From Antedon mediterranea (Eukaryota > Animalia > Echinodermata), in contig NC_092670.1 in the NCBI RefSeq assembly GCF_964355755.1, positions 40,784,388-40,848,387 on the forward strand: DNA of 64,000 nucleotides. Reading direction: 5' to 3'. Position numbers and translations under genes: made by a program. Below the pieces are notes generated by a model. The model did no database searches. It saw only the letters and a program-made list of their open reading frames with translations, and was not told the DNA's origin. Positions 52,560-63,939 of the stretch are shown here, in pieces. The number at the start of each line of letters is the position of its first letter. The stretch's first letter is position 1.

Positions 52560-54470
52560 TTATTCAATGCAAGGCGGTAGATGCAACAAAAATAATTGAC
52601 CAACCACAAGTGAGGGATTATCCTACTGCGATTGGTCCTAAGTTTGTTGTGTCCGAGTGGGAACCAAGCTTTAGAGCTATACAACTTACACTTACTGTAA
52701 TTTAATATAAAAACATAAACTGTAATTAAAATAATACTAATTACAATCGAAGGCATCTGTTAAACATTTTGAAAATTTTCATTTAATTTTATATGATCAA
52801 TCACATTGAAAAAAGGTATTATTTACATTGAATTGAATATGTCAATCTACGTAACTAAGCAATATTTCCAATGAGGTCAACTGAGGTCATACTTCTGATA
52901 CATCCAAATTATCAGCTGCCAATTGATTGTGTCATGAAAAAAATTAATCATTTGAATGCAAAAAAAATGACACTTATTAAAATTAGTCGTGCACAATATT
53001 AGAAGGTAAGAAGGCTTACAACAAAATATATGAAAGCGTTAATTAAAATATACATTAGGTTTGCTCATCATCAGTTCCAAATAGATAATCCTATAACTAA
53101 TTCAGAGTGAGGGAACATGTTCTGTTTTCAATCATTCAAGTTTCTTGAAACTTTGCCTTCAACTAGTTGGATCACATTAATGTATGGAACGCAATTGCTG
53201 CGAAAAACATACATAGTTACCAAAAAAATATCACAAACACTTGAATGTATATTATTGGACTAAGGCAATCTAACGGGACACTGAGCTCGCTCTGCCTAAG
53301 AACTCGCAACAGTCCTTTGATCTTATGTCTGGCTGCGACAAATACCAACAGTACTGTACAATGCACATTATTCCCCGCTGCGTGCTGTATCTTTTAAGGG
53401 GTGTGGAACTGATCATATCGCAGCCACAGATAAACCCTTTGATCTCCAGAGCTGTAGTTGACAGAAGAATTGAAATAAGAATATAAAACTTTACTGTAGT
53501 GATGGTTAGAATTGTCTTTCATTCTTTAATCAAGAATTCTTTCTAAAATCTGAGCTCATTTACATCGTCACAAAACAATCATTTATTTTCATCCATCAGA
53601 CTATAAATGTACTGGTAATGTTACCGCCAAATTGACATTTATTACCATTACATGATTAAAAAGGTTAATGTTTATGTGAATCAAAAGTCATCTGTTGCGA
53701 AACATAATAGTTATTTACTGGTAAGACGCCAATATGCCAAATGAAATCAATCATCTTTAAATCAAAGTTTAAGTTTTCAAATTTTTTTCTTTTTATTCAT
53801 AACTCATCACGACACTTAGAAAAAAATCTGAAGGAAAAAAATTATTCAAAATTAACGATACAGACAAATGATGAGGACAACCAAATGTCATTTCTTTTAC
53901 CTGAAGGACAAATGAATATTTAATATCTACATGCAAGGCCTCTTAAAACCTTTTTTTTCCCGTTTTTTTTTCAGATTAAGATAATATACTGAGTATTATT
54001 GTTGCAAATAGATATTGAAAATCATATTTTTTATGGGGAAACACAATAAGACATGTTGACAAAATAAAACATTGCATGTGAGATAACAAGATTATTTTGA
54101 CATTTAATAAGTTTTCCTTCCAAAATATATTTCCTCAATTTAATATGAATTTACGAGTCTGCAAAAAATTGAAGCAACAGAAAAAGCAACAATCAACGTC
54201 CGATAATTTATAAATTCAATAGAGTAGATTTAAATTGAAAATGGTTTTGATAGAAAACAATTTAGACTTGAAACATTCATTAGGAATTTTTTTACGGTAA
54301 AAATCAATAAATCTTCGTTTCAAACTTAATGAACATCTAGTTACATTAATGCATTTTCCCATTTAATTGGAATAACAATAAAGAAGAAAAATAACAAAAC
54401 ACAGAAGATGTGCTCTTCTTGAATTATAAGAGTTAATGCGTTAATAACATTTCATCTGGTTTTACAAAGG

Positions 54471-54635
54471 TATAACAAAGATTTCTTTTTGTAACAACCA
54501 AAAAAAAGTATTAGCGAACTTAAGTAGTTAAGGTAAGGTAAGTCAGGTAAGTAGTTAAGAAACTTGTCAGGTTTCGAAACGTTCTGTAAGTTCGCTTATA
54601 ATTGTTTGGTTTTTACAAAAAGAAATTTTTGTTAT
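54471..54635. mobile_element. Foldback/MITE with about 50-bp imperfect inverted arms
   Basis: TATAACAAAGATTTCTTTTTGTAA...AGCGAACTTA pairs with TAAGTTCGCT...TTACAAAAAGAAATTTTTGTTATA. Confidence 0.7.
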
Positions 54636-54769
54636 AGAGTTAATGTGGTTAAGCTTGGTTCCTAGGTTCCTTGGTTCAAATCCTAAGTCAGGTTTTTTTT
54701 TTCAGGAAATGTTTTTTTTTCACCCACAATTCAGCATTTTGTGTATTCTGTATATGTGTTTGTTATGTG

Positions 54770-55050
54770 AGAGTTATAGCTTGGTGGTATAATGCTTGAT
54801 TACCAGAAATCTGTGTTCAAATCCTGTCAGATGTCAGGAGTTTTTCTCTTGAAAACAAAAATATTTCCATTTGCAAAGACAATAAAACTATAATTGGTTA
54901 TGTAGAGAATTCTGTGTCATGTGTTTTGTTTCTGATATAAATACATGAATACAGTATAGAGGAGTTGTAGCTTGGTGGTATGATACATGGTTAACAGGAA
55001 TCTGGGTTAAAATCCTGTCGGATGTCAGGATTTTTTCTCTTTATAAAAAA
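54770..55050 (+). mobile_element. Two tandem degenerate tRNA-derived SINE copies
   Basis: TAGCTTGGTGG ... AATCCTGTC.GATGTCAGGA.TTTTTCTC occurs twice (about 54770 and 54960). Confidence 0.65.
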
Positions 55051-55677
55051 AAGACTTTGTTTAGAGAATTGCATGTTCATGAAAAAAAAAACGTCACATG
55101 GAATTATTTTGTTTAAGATGATGATAAGTAACAACAAATTTGAATTCATAGAACCTTAATTAAGGACGATGTATTTTATAATCAGCGTTTTCTAGGATTT
55201 GGCAAATTTGACTAATATCCAACAAGCTTAAGTCAGTTGATTAATATTTTTTTACTCCAAAAATAAGATGGAATATGGATATATTGATTTATTAGGACAT
55301 AAAGATTATTGTTATTATGACTTGATCTATAACTAAGTCTAGCTTGAGTCTTAATTGCTTACTTAAGTATAATTATGACAAAAGGCAGCATTAGGCATGC
55401 CTTAGACGCATCATCACAGTTCATTATATCTACATATCGTCTATGGCTTTGACAACATTATGATACTGTAATACAAAAGCTGATTCAGGGACCTGCAGAA
55501 TTTTGGCTGCACAATCAAGGTAACAATATCTGGAAATGACAGATGTTTTCCTAGCATTTTCAGAAGGCTGGTGCAGATCATTATGAGGAAGGGGGGAAGG
55601 CTATGGTTGTTTTTTTTCCTCAAATTTCCCTGTGTTAGTAGTACTAGTAGTAGGCCTAATACACAGGCAATTATTAT

Positions 55678-55920
55678 ATGAGATGTATGCACTACATCTC
55701 ATGAGATGTATGCACTACATCTCATGAGATGTATGCACTACATCTCATGAGATGTATGCACTACATCTCATGAGATGTATGCACTACATCTCATGAGATG
55801 TATGCACTACATCTCATGAGATGTATGCACTACATCTCATGAGATGTATGCACTACATCTCATGAGATGTATGCACTACATCTCATGAGATGTATGCACT
55901 ACATCTCATGAGATGTATTG
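55678..55920. repeat. 23-bp hairpin-forming minisatellite, about 10 units
   Basis: Unit ATGAGATGTATGCACTACATCTC. A variant unit resumes at 56498-56566 after an insertion. Confidence 0.95.
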
Positions 55921-55924
55921 TATG

Positions 55925-56497
55925 TGTTATGCGCAATTTGAACTTAAAATGAAACATAATAAATGCGAAGATAACATGTGTATAATACACAACATCAATG
56001 GCATACACAATTAAATAATATTATCACTTAATATTATCAACTTAAAATAAATCAAAATAAATGTAAAAATAACAAAAATTAATGTAGTAATACACAACAT
56101 TGTCTACCGCCACCAACGTTTAGACTTGCTATCAAAACATAGCCATACAGTAGGCTAGAGCATCTTTGGCTAGAGTAGTATTAGCTGCCCGCCGGGAACA
56201 CCACCTTTGTGGTCCTTTGTCGGGTCTTCGACGGTATGCTAACAATAACAATATTTTCACTACTAAAATAAGGAAATGCGATATTATCTTTAATTTTGAA
56301 TCATTCTTAGAAATTACTATGAAAATATGGGTGTGCATGATTTCACAATCTGTCGAAAAACCTTGCGCAATTTGCAGATTACTTGCGCAATTTAATACGT
56401 TGCTTGCGCAATTTGAAACAGATGTTTCAATTCAAATTGCGCAAGGAATTCTTTGCGCAATTTTAAATTGCACAAATCGTTCAAATCGCGCATAACA
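55925..56497. mobile_element. TGT...ACA non-autonomous element with 4-bp TSD (Ginger-like), 573 bp
   Basis: TSD TATG at 55921-55924 and 56498-56501. TIR TGTTATGCGCAATTTGAAC / GTTCAAATCGCGCATAACA (one mismatch). Multiple internal TTGCGCAA repeats near the right end. Confidence 0.8.
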
Positions 56498-56930
56498 TAT
56501 GCACTACATCTCATGTATTGTATGCACTACATCTCATGTATTGTATGCACTACATCTCATGTATTGATTGGACATACATAATTGATTAAATTAACCTAAA
56601 AGGCCTACCAGTTAAGTACCACCATTGTTAACCTACTCAAATAAATAAAAATGAACTTAAATCTACTGCTGTGGTAAATCTGCTGTTTGTACAAAAAAGA
56701 ACGTTTTATAAATTAATAATTAACCTGTGAGCTAAGCCTGGGCCTTGTTTACAAGGCAGAACATATACTGTACTGTGGAGTACTGTAATGTATTTGTAAT
56801 GTATCTGTCTGTAGTAGTAGTATTTAGTCAGAGGATCAGAAAAGGTTGAACACAAAAATGCATGTTACTCATAAACTTAAGACTCATAGTTACAACGAAT
56901 CTCAAGGTCATTGTCAGTTTTACTTAATGC

Positions 56931-57112
56931 TTATTATTATTATTATTATTATATCAAAATTTATAAAGCGTCAATTCAAAGACCGAGGTACAAAATCAAA
57001 GGCGCTGGGCATGTATTGTTAGTGGTCGAAAAAATGAGTTTTGAGCAATTTTTTAAATAAGGCAACAGAAGACTGAGCAGTGTTTAATTTGTGGGGGGAG
57101 TGAATTCCAGAC
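56931..57112 (-). mobile_element. L2-type LINE 3' fragment
   Basis: Minus strand reads VWNSLPPQIK, then after a frameshift ...LFKKLLKTHFFDH*, a GCGCCTTTGA...GCTTTATAAAT tail and (TAA)n. Confidence 0.75.
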
Positions 57113-57239
57113 GTATTAAATTTATTTATCCATATCTTGGCTAAAACTACGTACTCATAATAAGAAAAGTATTGCTATTTTACTTACTTTTTTTTATCTC
57201 ATCTCGTGCGCATACAAGATTAAAGAAAGTGTTGTCTGG

Positions 57240-60200
57240 ATAATATTTGGCGCGTGTGGCTGTTCAACTTTCACAAAGGGAAGGCTAGCTAGCAGCATTC
57301 AATGTGTAGTCCTTCTATCCTTGAGTTTGTACGTGTACAGCATCCGACGTTAATGGTATACCATAAATCAGCTTACTTATGACTGTAAGAGATCCACTAC
57401 TAGAGAACGACGTGGTTTGAGAAGTAAACCAAAATAATTTTAATTCATAATTATTCTGAAACCTGTGTCTCTTGCACTGTCTCACTTCAAATGGACGAGC
57501 CGACCCGACAGACCTTTTGATTGTTTACACCCACTCGGGAGATTCGATTATACAATAGGGTAGTTTACATACATTTTAGTATGAATTATGAGGTGTAAAT
57601 AATATATTTCTTGCATTCACCTACCTGATATTGTTTAATTTTATATTATGTAGAAATGTGTAACTTTTAATCAATTAAATTACGGTAAATTAAGTGAGGT
57701 CCGTTCGTCGTGATTTAACCCCAGTTAATGGTGAGTGTTAATAGACGAATCCAAACTTGTAAAATTTAAACAAACTTTTAGCTGCCGAATCTCTGTTAAT
57801 TATTAATTATTTTGATGGTCATTATAAAAAAAAACAATTAAAAAGACTTTGGCGAGGGGTATTTGACAGCCAAAATTAAATTTTGAACTTTAAATCTGTA
57901 ACTAAACAAGGAATAAAAAACGTAATATTATTATCGAAAGTTCCCAGTTAAATACGACAAAATAACATGATGATATTATGATCGTATCTATATGAATGGC
58001 GGCCGGATTCATGAGCAGATTGAATGGGGATATAGACATATATATACTGTAGTCATATGTTGTTTTACTACCGATATTTGATAGGATAGATAGGCCTAAT
58101 ACCAAATATTATTTACTTTCTACAATAAGTACAAACTTACGTAATTGTAAGAAGTACTGTTATATAATTCCCTGATTGTTAAGGCAGTTTAGACTGCTGA
58201 TTGTATTCTCAAATCAATAGCGTTGGATTCATATTTCCTCACTGATCATCTTCACTATTGAAATACGGAAATTATACCGTTTAAAATAAAGTACATTCTA
58301 TTAAGGAGGTTATTTAAAGTCTAATACCGCACTTTACGACAATACGACGTATGCAGCTTTAATGTGTATTGGGTAATATTAAGTAATTATGTTATAATAA
58401 ATGGGCATTTTTTAATTTAGTAAAAATAGCCAAAAAATTCATAGAATGGCGTTATAGAGAAAGTAAGTAATCTGTGAGCTTTAATTCAAATCTGTTTAAC
58501 CTTCTGATTTGTACACAGACAATAGGCAAAAATATAATAAAAATAACATATTTTTAATTGAGTAATTGATAATAATGTATCATTATGTAACATGTATTTC
58601 ATTTTTAACTTATCAATTTTAAGAGATCTTAAATTGCGACAAAAAACAGAGACGCTTTAAAACACGAATCATCCATTAATTTCACTATCGAACACGCGGG
58701 TCAAATGCTTATGGTAACCATGGCAATACTGAATCATGTCGTGAACACATTATTGCAATGTCATTAACTAAATTCACAGCGTTGGCATGGAAACATATAA
58801 AAATCGAAACTACGTAGAATTCTGGAAATTCTGTTATAAATCTATTTAGACTTATACAAAGTATTTTAATGGCAATACAATGGAATGTTACGTCACTGTT
58901 TTTAAGAAGAGTAGTGTCATCATTTCGGGCGGCGATTAATATGACAGCAGTTCATGGAACCAAACATCTTTAGTGTCATTGCCTACTAATCACAGAGACC
59001 GGGTCCAAATCATGACACTGACTCACGACGACACGAAACAGACAACAGAACGATGTTTGTTTTCCTTTAATTTATTTTGTTGCAATGCAATGTTTTGGCT
59101 AAATTTGCCTAAATTTAAAATTGATTTCTAAAGTAAGACACATTTAGCCAAAACATTGCATTAAAATGACATTTATATGATGTAATACAATAGAAATGGT
59201 GGCAGGAATCCCAAAACCGATTAAATTATTTCTCTTTAAACAGCAATACACAGGGCCTAGCGATGATGATAAAAATAACAACAATGATTAAATACGTAGC
59301 AGCAGCAGCCGTACGATGTCCTAGCATGACGAACACACACATTGATTCATTTCAACACGTTTGTAAAATATTGTACATTAATTATCGCAAGATATATATT
59401 GCATAATTTATAATAAATACCGTATAAAATATCGTCGTGTGCATGTGAATATATTGTAAGCTACTTTGTTCCCACGCAACGTAGACTCAACGCAAATGTT
59501 GACCAATCACGTCACGACGCGACAGTTCGGATTATCCATCGCTTTTGATTGGTCAATTACTTGCGGCGCGCTTATGTACGTCCTTGTGCTGCTGCGTCCA
59601 AGTGGGAGCAGTCGTGTGCATGTGAATGCAGCTTAAGCCATAATTGTTTTGGCGGCAATGCGGATCAGAGCTGGTGCTTGCAGATAATTAATCAATAATA
59701 CGTAATACAATGGTAATTCGTCATATATAGACAGAGTAATTGAGTCGGCTTGTCCGACAGGTCATCTTTAAATGGACGACCATGCCAAATTTTATTCCGG
59801 AGAGGATATTAATGAAGTTTCAGCTCTTAAAAGGAAGTTTTCAATCAGTTATTCTGTGATTCCAAAAAAAACATATTGTATCACGTGACTAGTAAAGACA
59901 ATCATTGGCGCCTTCGTCTAAGGGTATACTTTTTCAATCAATTTTTTACAGAAAGCAGTACTAACTTCATTCGCATGAATGATTACAAATATATCATTTA
60001 GCACATTCACAGAATATCACCATCGTTATCATCATAATGTATTTTATGACAGGTTAACATAATCGGAAGGCAGTATATCTAATCTGTTATTGAATGCAGT
60101 CTATTTTATTTTGTGTAGTTTATGCCGTCGTTCGATGCCGTTCATCGTTGTTTTAGCTTCATATATATTTTTCTAATTCTCATCATCCTCATGTCATTGT

Positions 60201-60300
60201 CAAATTGAAGGCCAGCTTCGTAGTTTCGTCTCCGTCGTCGTATTTTCGTCGTTTTGTCATCATCTTCAATCTCATCGCCTGCGTCGTGTTTCCCTTGTCC
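57240..60300 (-). promoter_or_regulatory. CpG-richer zone, candidate KCNQ promoter/5' exon region
   Basis: Visibly more CG dinucleotides than the 23-55 kb intron-like zone. Candidate minus-strand donors: GTAAGT at 58140 and GTAAGC at about 57376. It lies just downstream of the hydratase gene's 3' end. Confidence 0.3.
59459..59610. mobile_element. MITE family C degenerate copy
   Basis: GTTCCCAC...TTGACCAATCAC...GATTGGTCAA...AGTGGGAGC resembles the 61247-61995 elements. Confidence 0.6.
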
Positions 60301-60337
60301 TTGCTCGGTATTCAAACATTACTCCTCATCACCTCCC

Positions 60338-60572
60338 CACCAACCACCACAACCACCACCACCACCATCACAACAACCACAACCACCACCATAACCATCA
60401 CAACCACCACCATGACAACCATAATCACCACTACCACCAACCATCACCACAACAACCACCACCACCATAACCATCACAACCACCACCATCACAACCATAA
60501 TCACCACTACCGCAACCATCACCACAACATCACCACCATTTACCATCACAAGCACCACTACCACAACCATCA
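60338..60572. repeat. (ACC/ATC/AAC)n low-complexity trinucleotide tract
   Basis: Direct inspection; the source of the poly-T/H and poly-V/G pseudo-ORFs. Confidence 0.9.
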
Positions 60573-61247
60573 AAACAGTCCATCTGTATACACGTGACCG
60601 TCGATTGTTGTCATTCTCTCCCAGCACATCGTCGTATTTTGCCCGCTGTTTTTATCTTTCTATCCCCATTCATTTATCGCCTCGTTCTACATTGTTATGA
60701 TCATCACCATTACCAACCATTACAATAATTGTAGTCACTGATCATGTGGATATTAACCCCCAGGATCAGCTGCACAGCGCGTCGACAATACGTCATCAAA
60801 TGCACCTCAACACCATTAAGTCAATTAATTCTTGGAATTCTTATTTCAAAAGTAATTGAAGATGGGTTTCTCTTGTATTGCGTGTGACGCGACATCCGCA
60901 AACAAAGAGTACGCGCTAAGTGTCATTGTGACGCGTAAAGTATCAATGACATTTAACTCATTATTGTCACTTAACTGCCGCTTGAATTGTTCCCCTGTAG
61001 GTGGTGAGATGTTTCAGTTTGATCGTTATATGCTCATTAGTGTATGTTGAAAACAAAATGTATATAAATCCTATTAATGTGCCGAAATCTGGAAATTAAA
61101 ACATAAGCCTATCGTGTTCGCAAATTGTGTCTTCTGCTTGTAAAGACACGACGCATCATTATACCAGTATTTTCAAGTTCGATAAAAAGGAATATATTTT
61201 GAATTAAATTTTGGTCGGTAGTGGCCTACGGACGGAGGTTTTATAAA

Positions 61248-61995
61248 GCGTGGTTCCCACTAGAACGAAACGCAACGCAACGTAACGCAGCGACGTATCG
61301 ACGCAAAGTGCTGTATTGCGTAATCACAAGTGGGAACCGACGACGCAACAGTGCTGCAAAAATCGTAGGTTTGATTTCACGCAGGCGGGGGAAAACACCA
61401 TTATTGTAAGGGAATTTTCTTACGTTGCGTAGATTGCGTTACGTTGCGTCGCTAGTGGGAACCACGCTTTAAGCTTGGTTCCCGACGTAACGCAAAAACG
61501 TAATTTTGCAACTTGGTTTCCACTAGGACGTAACGCAAAGACGTAAGCGCGCAACTTGGTTCCCACTCGGGGCGTAACGCACCCGTGACGTAAGCGCAAT
61601 GCAGGCGAGTCGAACAATGAGAAAGCAAAATCCGAATCGGATAATCCATTGCTTGTATGATTGGTCAAATACGTTGCGTTACGTCCTTACGTTGCGTTTC
61701 TAGTAGGAAACAAGCATTACGCTACGTCATATCTGCGAAGATGACATAGTAGGAAGTATTTCTTGGATGACCTTTTTTCACACATTTTTCTCATTTTTAT
61801 TCGTAACGAAAATGTATCCAATCAGAATACTTTCATTTTAGAAATATTATTTATTAAAGCGTGGTTCCCACTAGCGACGCAACACAAGGACGTAACGCAA
61901 CGCAATCGAATTATTCGCTTGTTAACTTCGCTTGTCATTGGTTAAAACGCTTGCGTTGCGTTTACGTCCTTGCGTTACGTTCTAGTGGGAAACAA
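61248..61995. mobile_element. Cluster of MITE family C elements (Harbinger-like)
   Basis: AGCGTGGTTCCCACTAG ... CTAGTGGGAACCACGCT (61248-61468); an adjacent composite at 61472-61715 with several TTGGTTCCCAC ends; a third copy at 61858-61995. ACGCA subrepeats throughout. Confidence 0.8.
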
Positions 61996-62152
61996 AACGA
62001 ACACGATAAGTGTAAAGATAATTTTAGTTTTGCCGCTGATTACTTTGAGGGCGCTCTTAGATCTTGTGGGAGATAGAACACCCTATGCATATTATTATTT
62101 ATTATTAAATTGTTTAATAAAAATGGAGATTAGTTAGTAGATTCGCAGTTTT

Positions 62153-62260
62153 TGTTGTGTGGCTTGGTGGTCGACATGCTTGCTTACCAATGCCAGGGTC
62201 CTTGGTTCAAATCATGTTCAGGATTTTTCTGACAATACAGCGCCACAAACCTTGTATAAA
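62153..62260 (+). mobile_element. tRNA-derived SINE copy (same family as 4262-5295)
   Basis: GTGGCTTGGTGG..ATGCTTGCTTACCAATGCCAGGGTCCTTGGTTCAAATC..TCAGGATTTTTCT. Confidence 0.7.
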
Positions 62261-62517
62261 TAATGTAATTAATTGTGCTGGGAAAAACAACCTTGGTTAA
62301 AGTTTAATTGATGTTGGATTGAGTGAAAATATCATAAAACAAAACATTTCTACTGTATTTACAAAACATTTCTACTGTATTTACAAATTTATTTTGTATT
62401 CTGTAATGCATTGTACAATAATACAAACAAATATGCAAACAATGCAGTCAAAATCTTTGTAATTTAATTTGTCATGATTTTAATTTGTATATTGCAGGAA
62501 CAACTTCTTCGTTGCAC

Positions 62518-62611
62518 CACTGGCCACATTACTGACAGGCAAGCTATACCACTGGCCACATTACTGACAGGCAAGCTATACCACTGGCCACATTACTGAC
62601 AGGCAAGCTAT
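62518..62611. repeat. 32-bp tandem repeat x3
   Basis: Unit approximately CACTGGCCACATTACTGACAGGCAAGCTATAC. Confidence 0.9.
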
Positions 62612-62844
62612 AAATTGTGCCAAGGTCTTGGGTTTATCATTAACCACATGGAATTTTTTATCTATCACATTGTTTCAAGTTCAACACTCAAACATTTTTA
62701 AACGAACATATGACTCGACACACAACCTATGAGAGGAGGCATAAGTAACACTCTTTGCCTCCTAATATCACTTATGGAAAGCATAAACCATCTAGAAGTT
62801 TAAATTCTTGTTGTTTAATGGTTAATATTCTTAATAGCAAACAC

Positions 62845-62945
62845 TCAAAGCTTTGATTTCCAATCTGAAAAAGATCCGTTTCTTCCAGAACCTTTAACAA
62901 ACTTTCCAGCGCCCTCTATAGACTCTTGATGAATGATTCCTTTAC
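62845..62945 (-). CDS. Enoyl-CoA hydratase-like protein, last exon with C-terminal PTS1 (SKL)
   Basis: Acceptor tatttctgtAG (62947-62946). Translation GKGIIHQESIEGAGKFVKGSGRNGSFSDWKSKL* has the ES..GA..F..G.GR.GSF motif typical of this subfamily. Stop TGA at 62847-62845. Confidence 0.8.
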
Positions 62946-63029
62946 CTACAGAAATAGTTGAAAATTGTTTACATTCATTTTTAGAAACAACATTTTTTAT
63001 TTGTGCTTCTCTGCTTGCCTGAATCTTAC

Positions 63030-63170
63030 CATTATTATGTTCAAATTGCATAGCTCCCTCTAGTGTCTGCATATCATACATCGCATACATGCAAGACCGT
63101 CGATCAGCGAGCATACACTCTTGAGGAAATGATGCAATCTCATTGGCTAATTCAACAGCTGTTTTTAAAG
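63030..63170 (-). CDS. Enoyl-CoA hydratase/isomerase (crotonase) family protein, penultimate exon
   Basis: Acceptor ttttttatAG (63172-63171) and donor G|GTAAGA (63029). Translation LKTAVELANEIASFPQECMLADRRSCMYAMYDMQTLEGAMQFEHNNG resembles the C-terminal helices (A.ELA..IA.FPQ.C..ADR.S) of the echA8-like enoyl-CoA hydratase subfamily. Confidence 0.8.
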
Positions 63171-63829
63171 CTATAAAAAAATAATGTACATCATAACCTG
63201 GTTTAATTTGTACTTAAGTATGTACTTAATGTAACCTAATGGTAGCCATTCATGTTTGGTGGGTTCAATTACCCAAAGACTTAAATAAAAAAAAAACTTT
63301 TTTTATCAGAAAAGTAGAGGGCTTAAGTATTTGTACTAAACTGAATGGTAAGCAAGTTGCAATGGTCGTTCTGTATGTTCAATGGGCGTACAATTTGCCA
63401 AACTTCAAGAGCATAGTAAATCATTTTGGCCGTAGTGACTTACTGTATCTGTCTGCTATCATAATACTATTGCGTAGACGAACCATGGGCAATTTAATTT
63501 AGGTAATTATGTCAACTATATTACTAATGAACCCAGGTATGAGACTTCAAGTATCAAATTCCACAGTTTTTAAAAAATAAGGGTGATGATAAATATAGGC
63601 GACTTAAAAGATATTAGAATTTATTGAATTTTGTATTGAATGATATTTTTAATATCCTGCCATGTCAAAGTTGTTTACCTAGCCTCAATGTGTGTGATAT
63701 ATGCCGTTACAATAATAATAAATAATTTGATAGATGGAAGAATGATAATTAATCAAATGAAAATATTATATAATACTAATTTAGTATGACTGTTATAACC
63801 TGCTACCAACATTTTAAGATGCCTGTATT

Positions 63830-63939
63830 AAAGTAACTGGCAATCTGTGCATTGGGTAGCTGTGGAAATATTATATAGTAATAAGTAACTGGCAATCTGT
63901 GCATTGGGTAGCTGTGGAAATATTATATAGTAATAAGTA
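63830..63939. repeat. About 54-bp tandem duplication
   Basis: AAGTAACTGGCAATCTGTGCATTGGGTAGCTGTGGAAATATTATATAGTAAT occurs twice. Confidence 0.9.

Noticed and set aside
60205-60627. Thr/His-rich and Val/Gly-rich ORFs
   Set aside because: Products of a trinucleotide low-complexity tract, with no splice or domain support.
61221-62076. Cluster of short ORFs sharing KAWFPL
   Set aside because: Translations of MITE terminal repeats.
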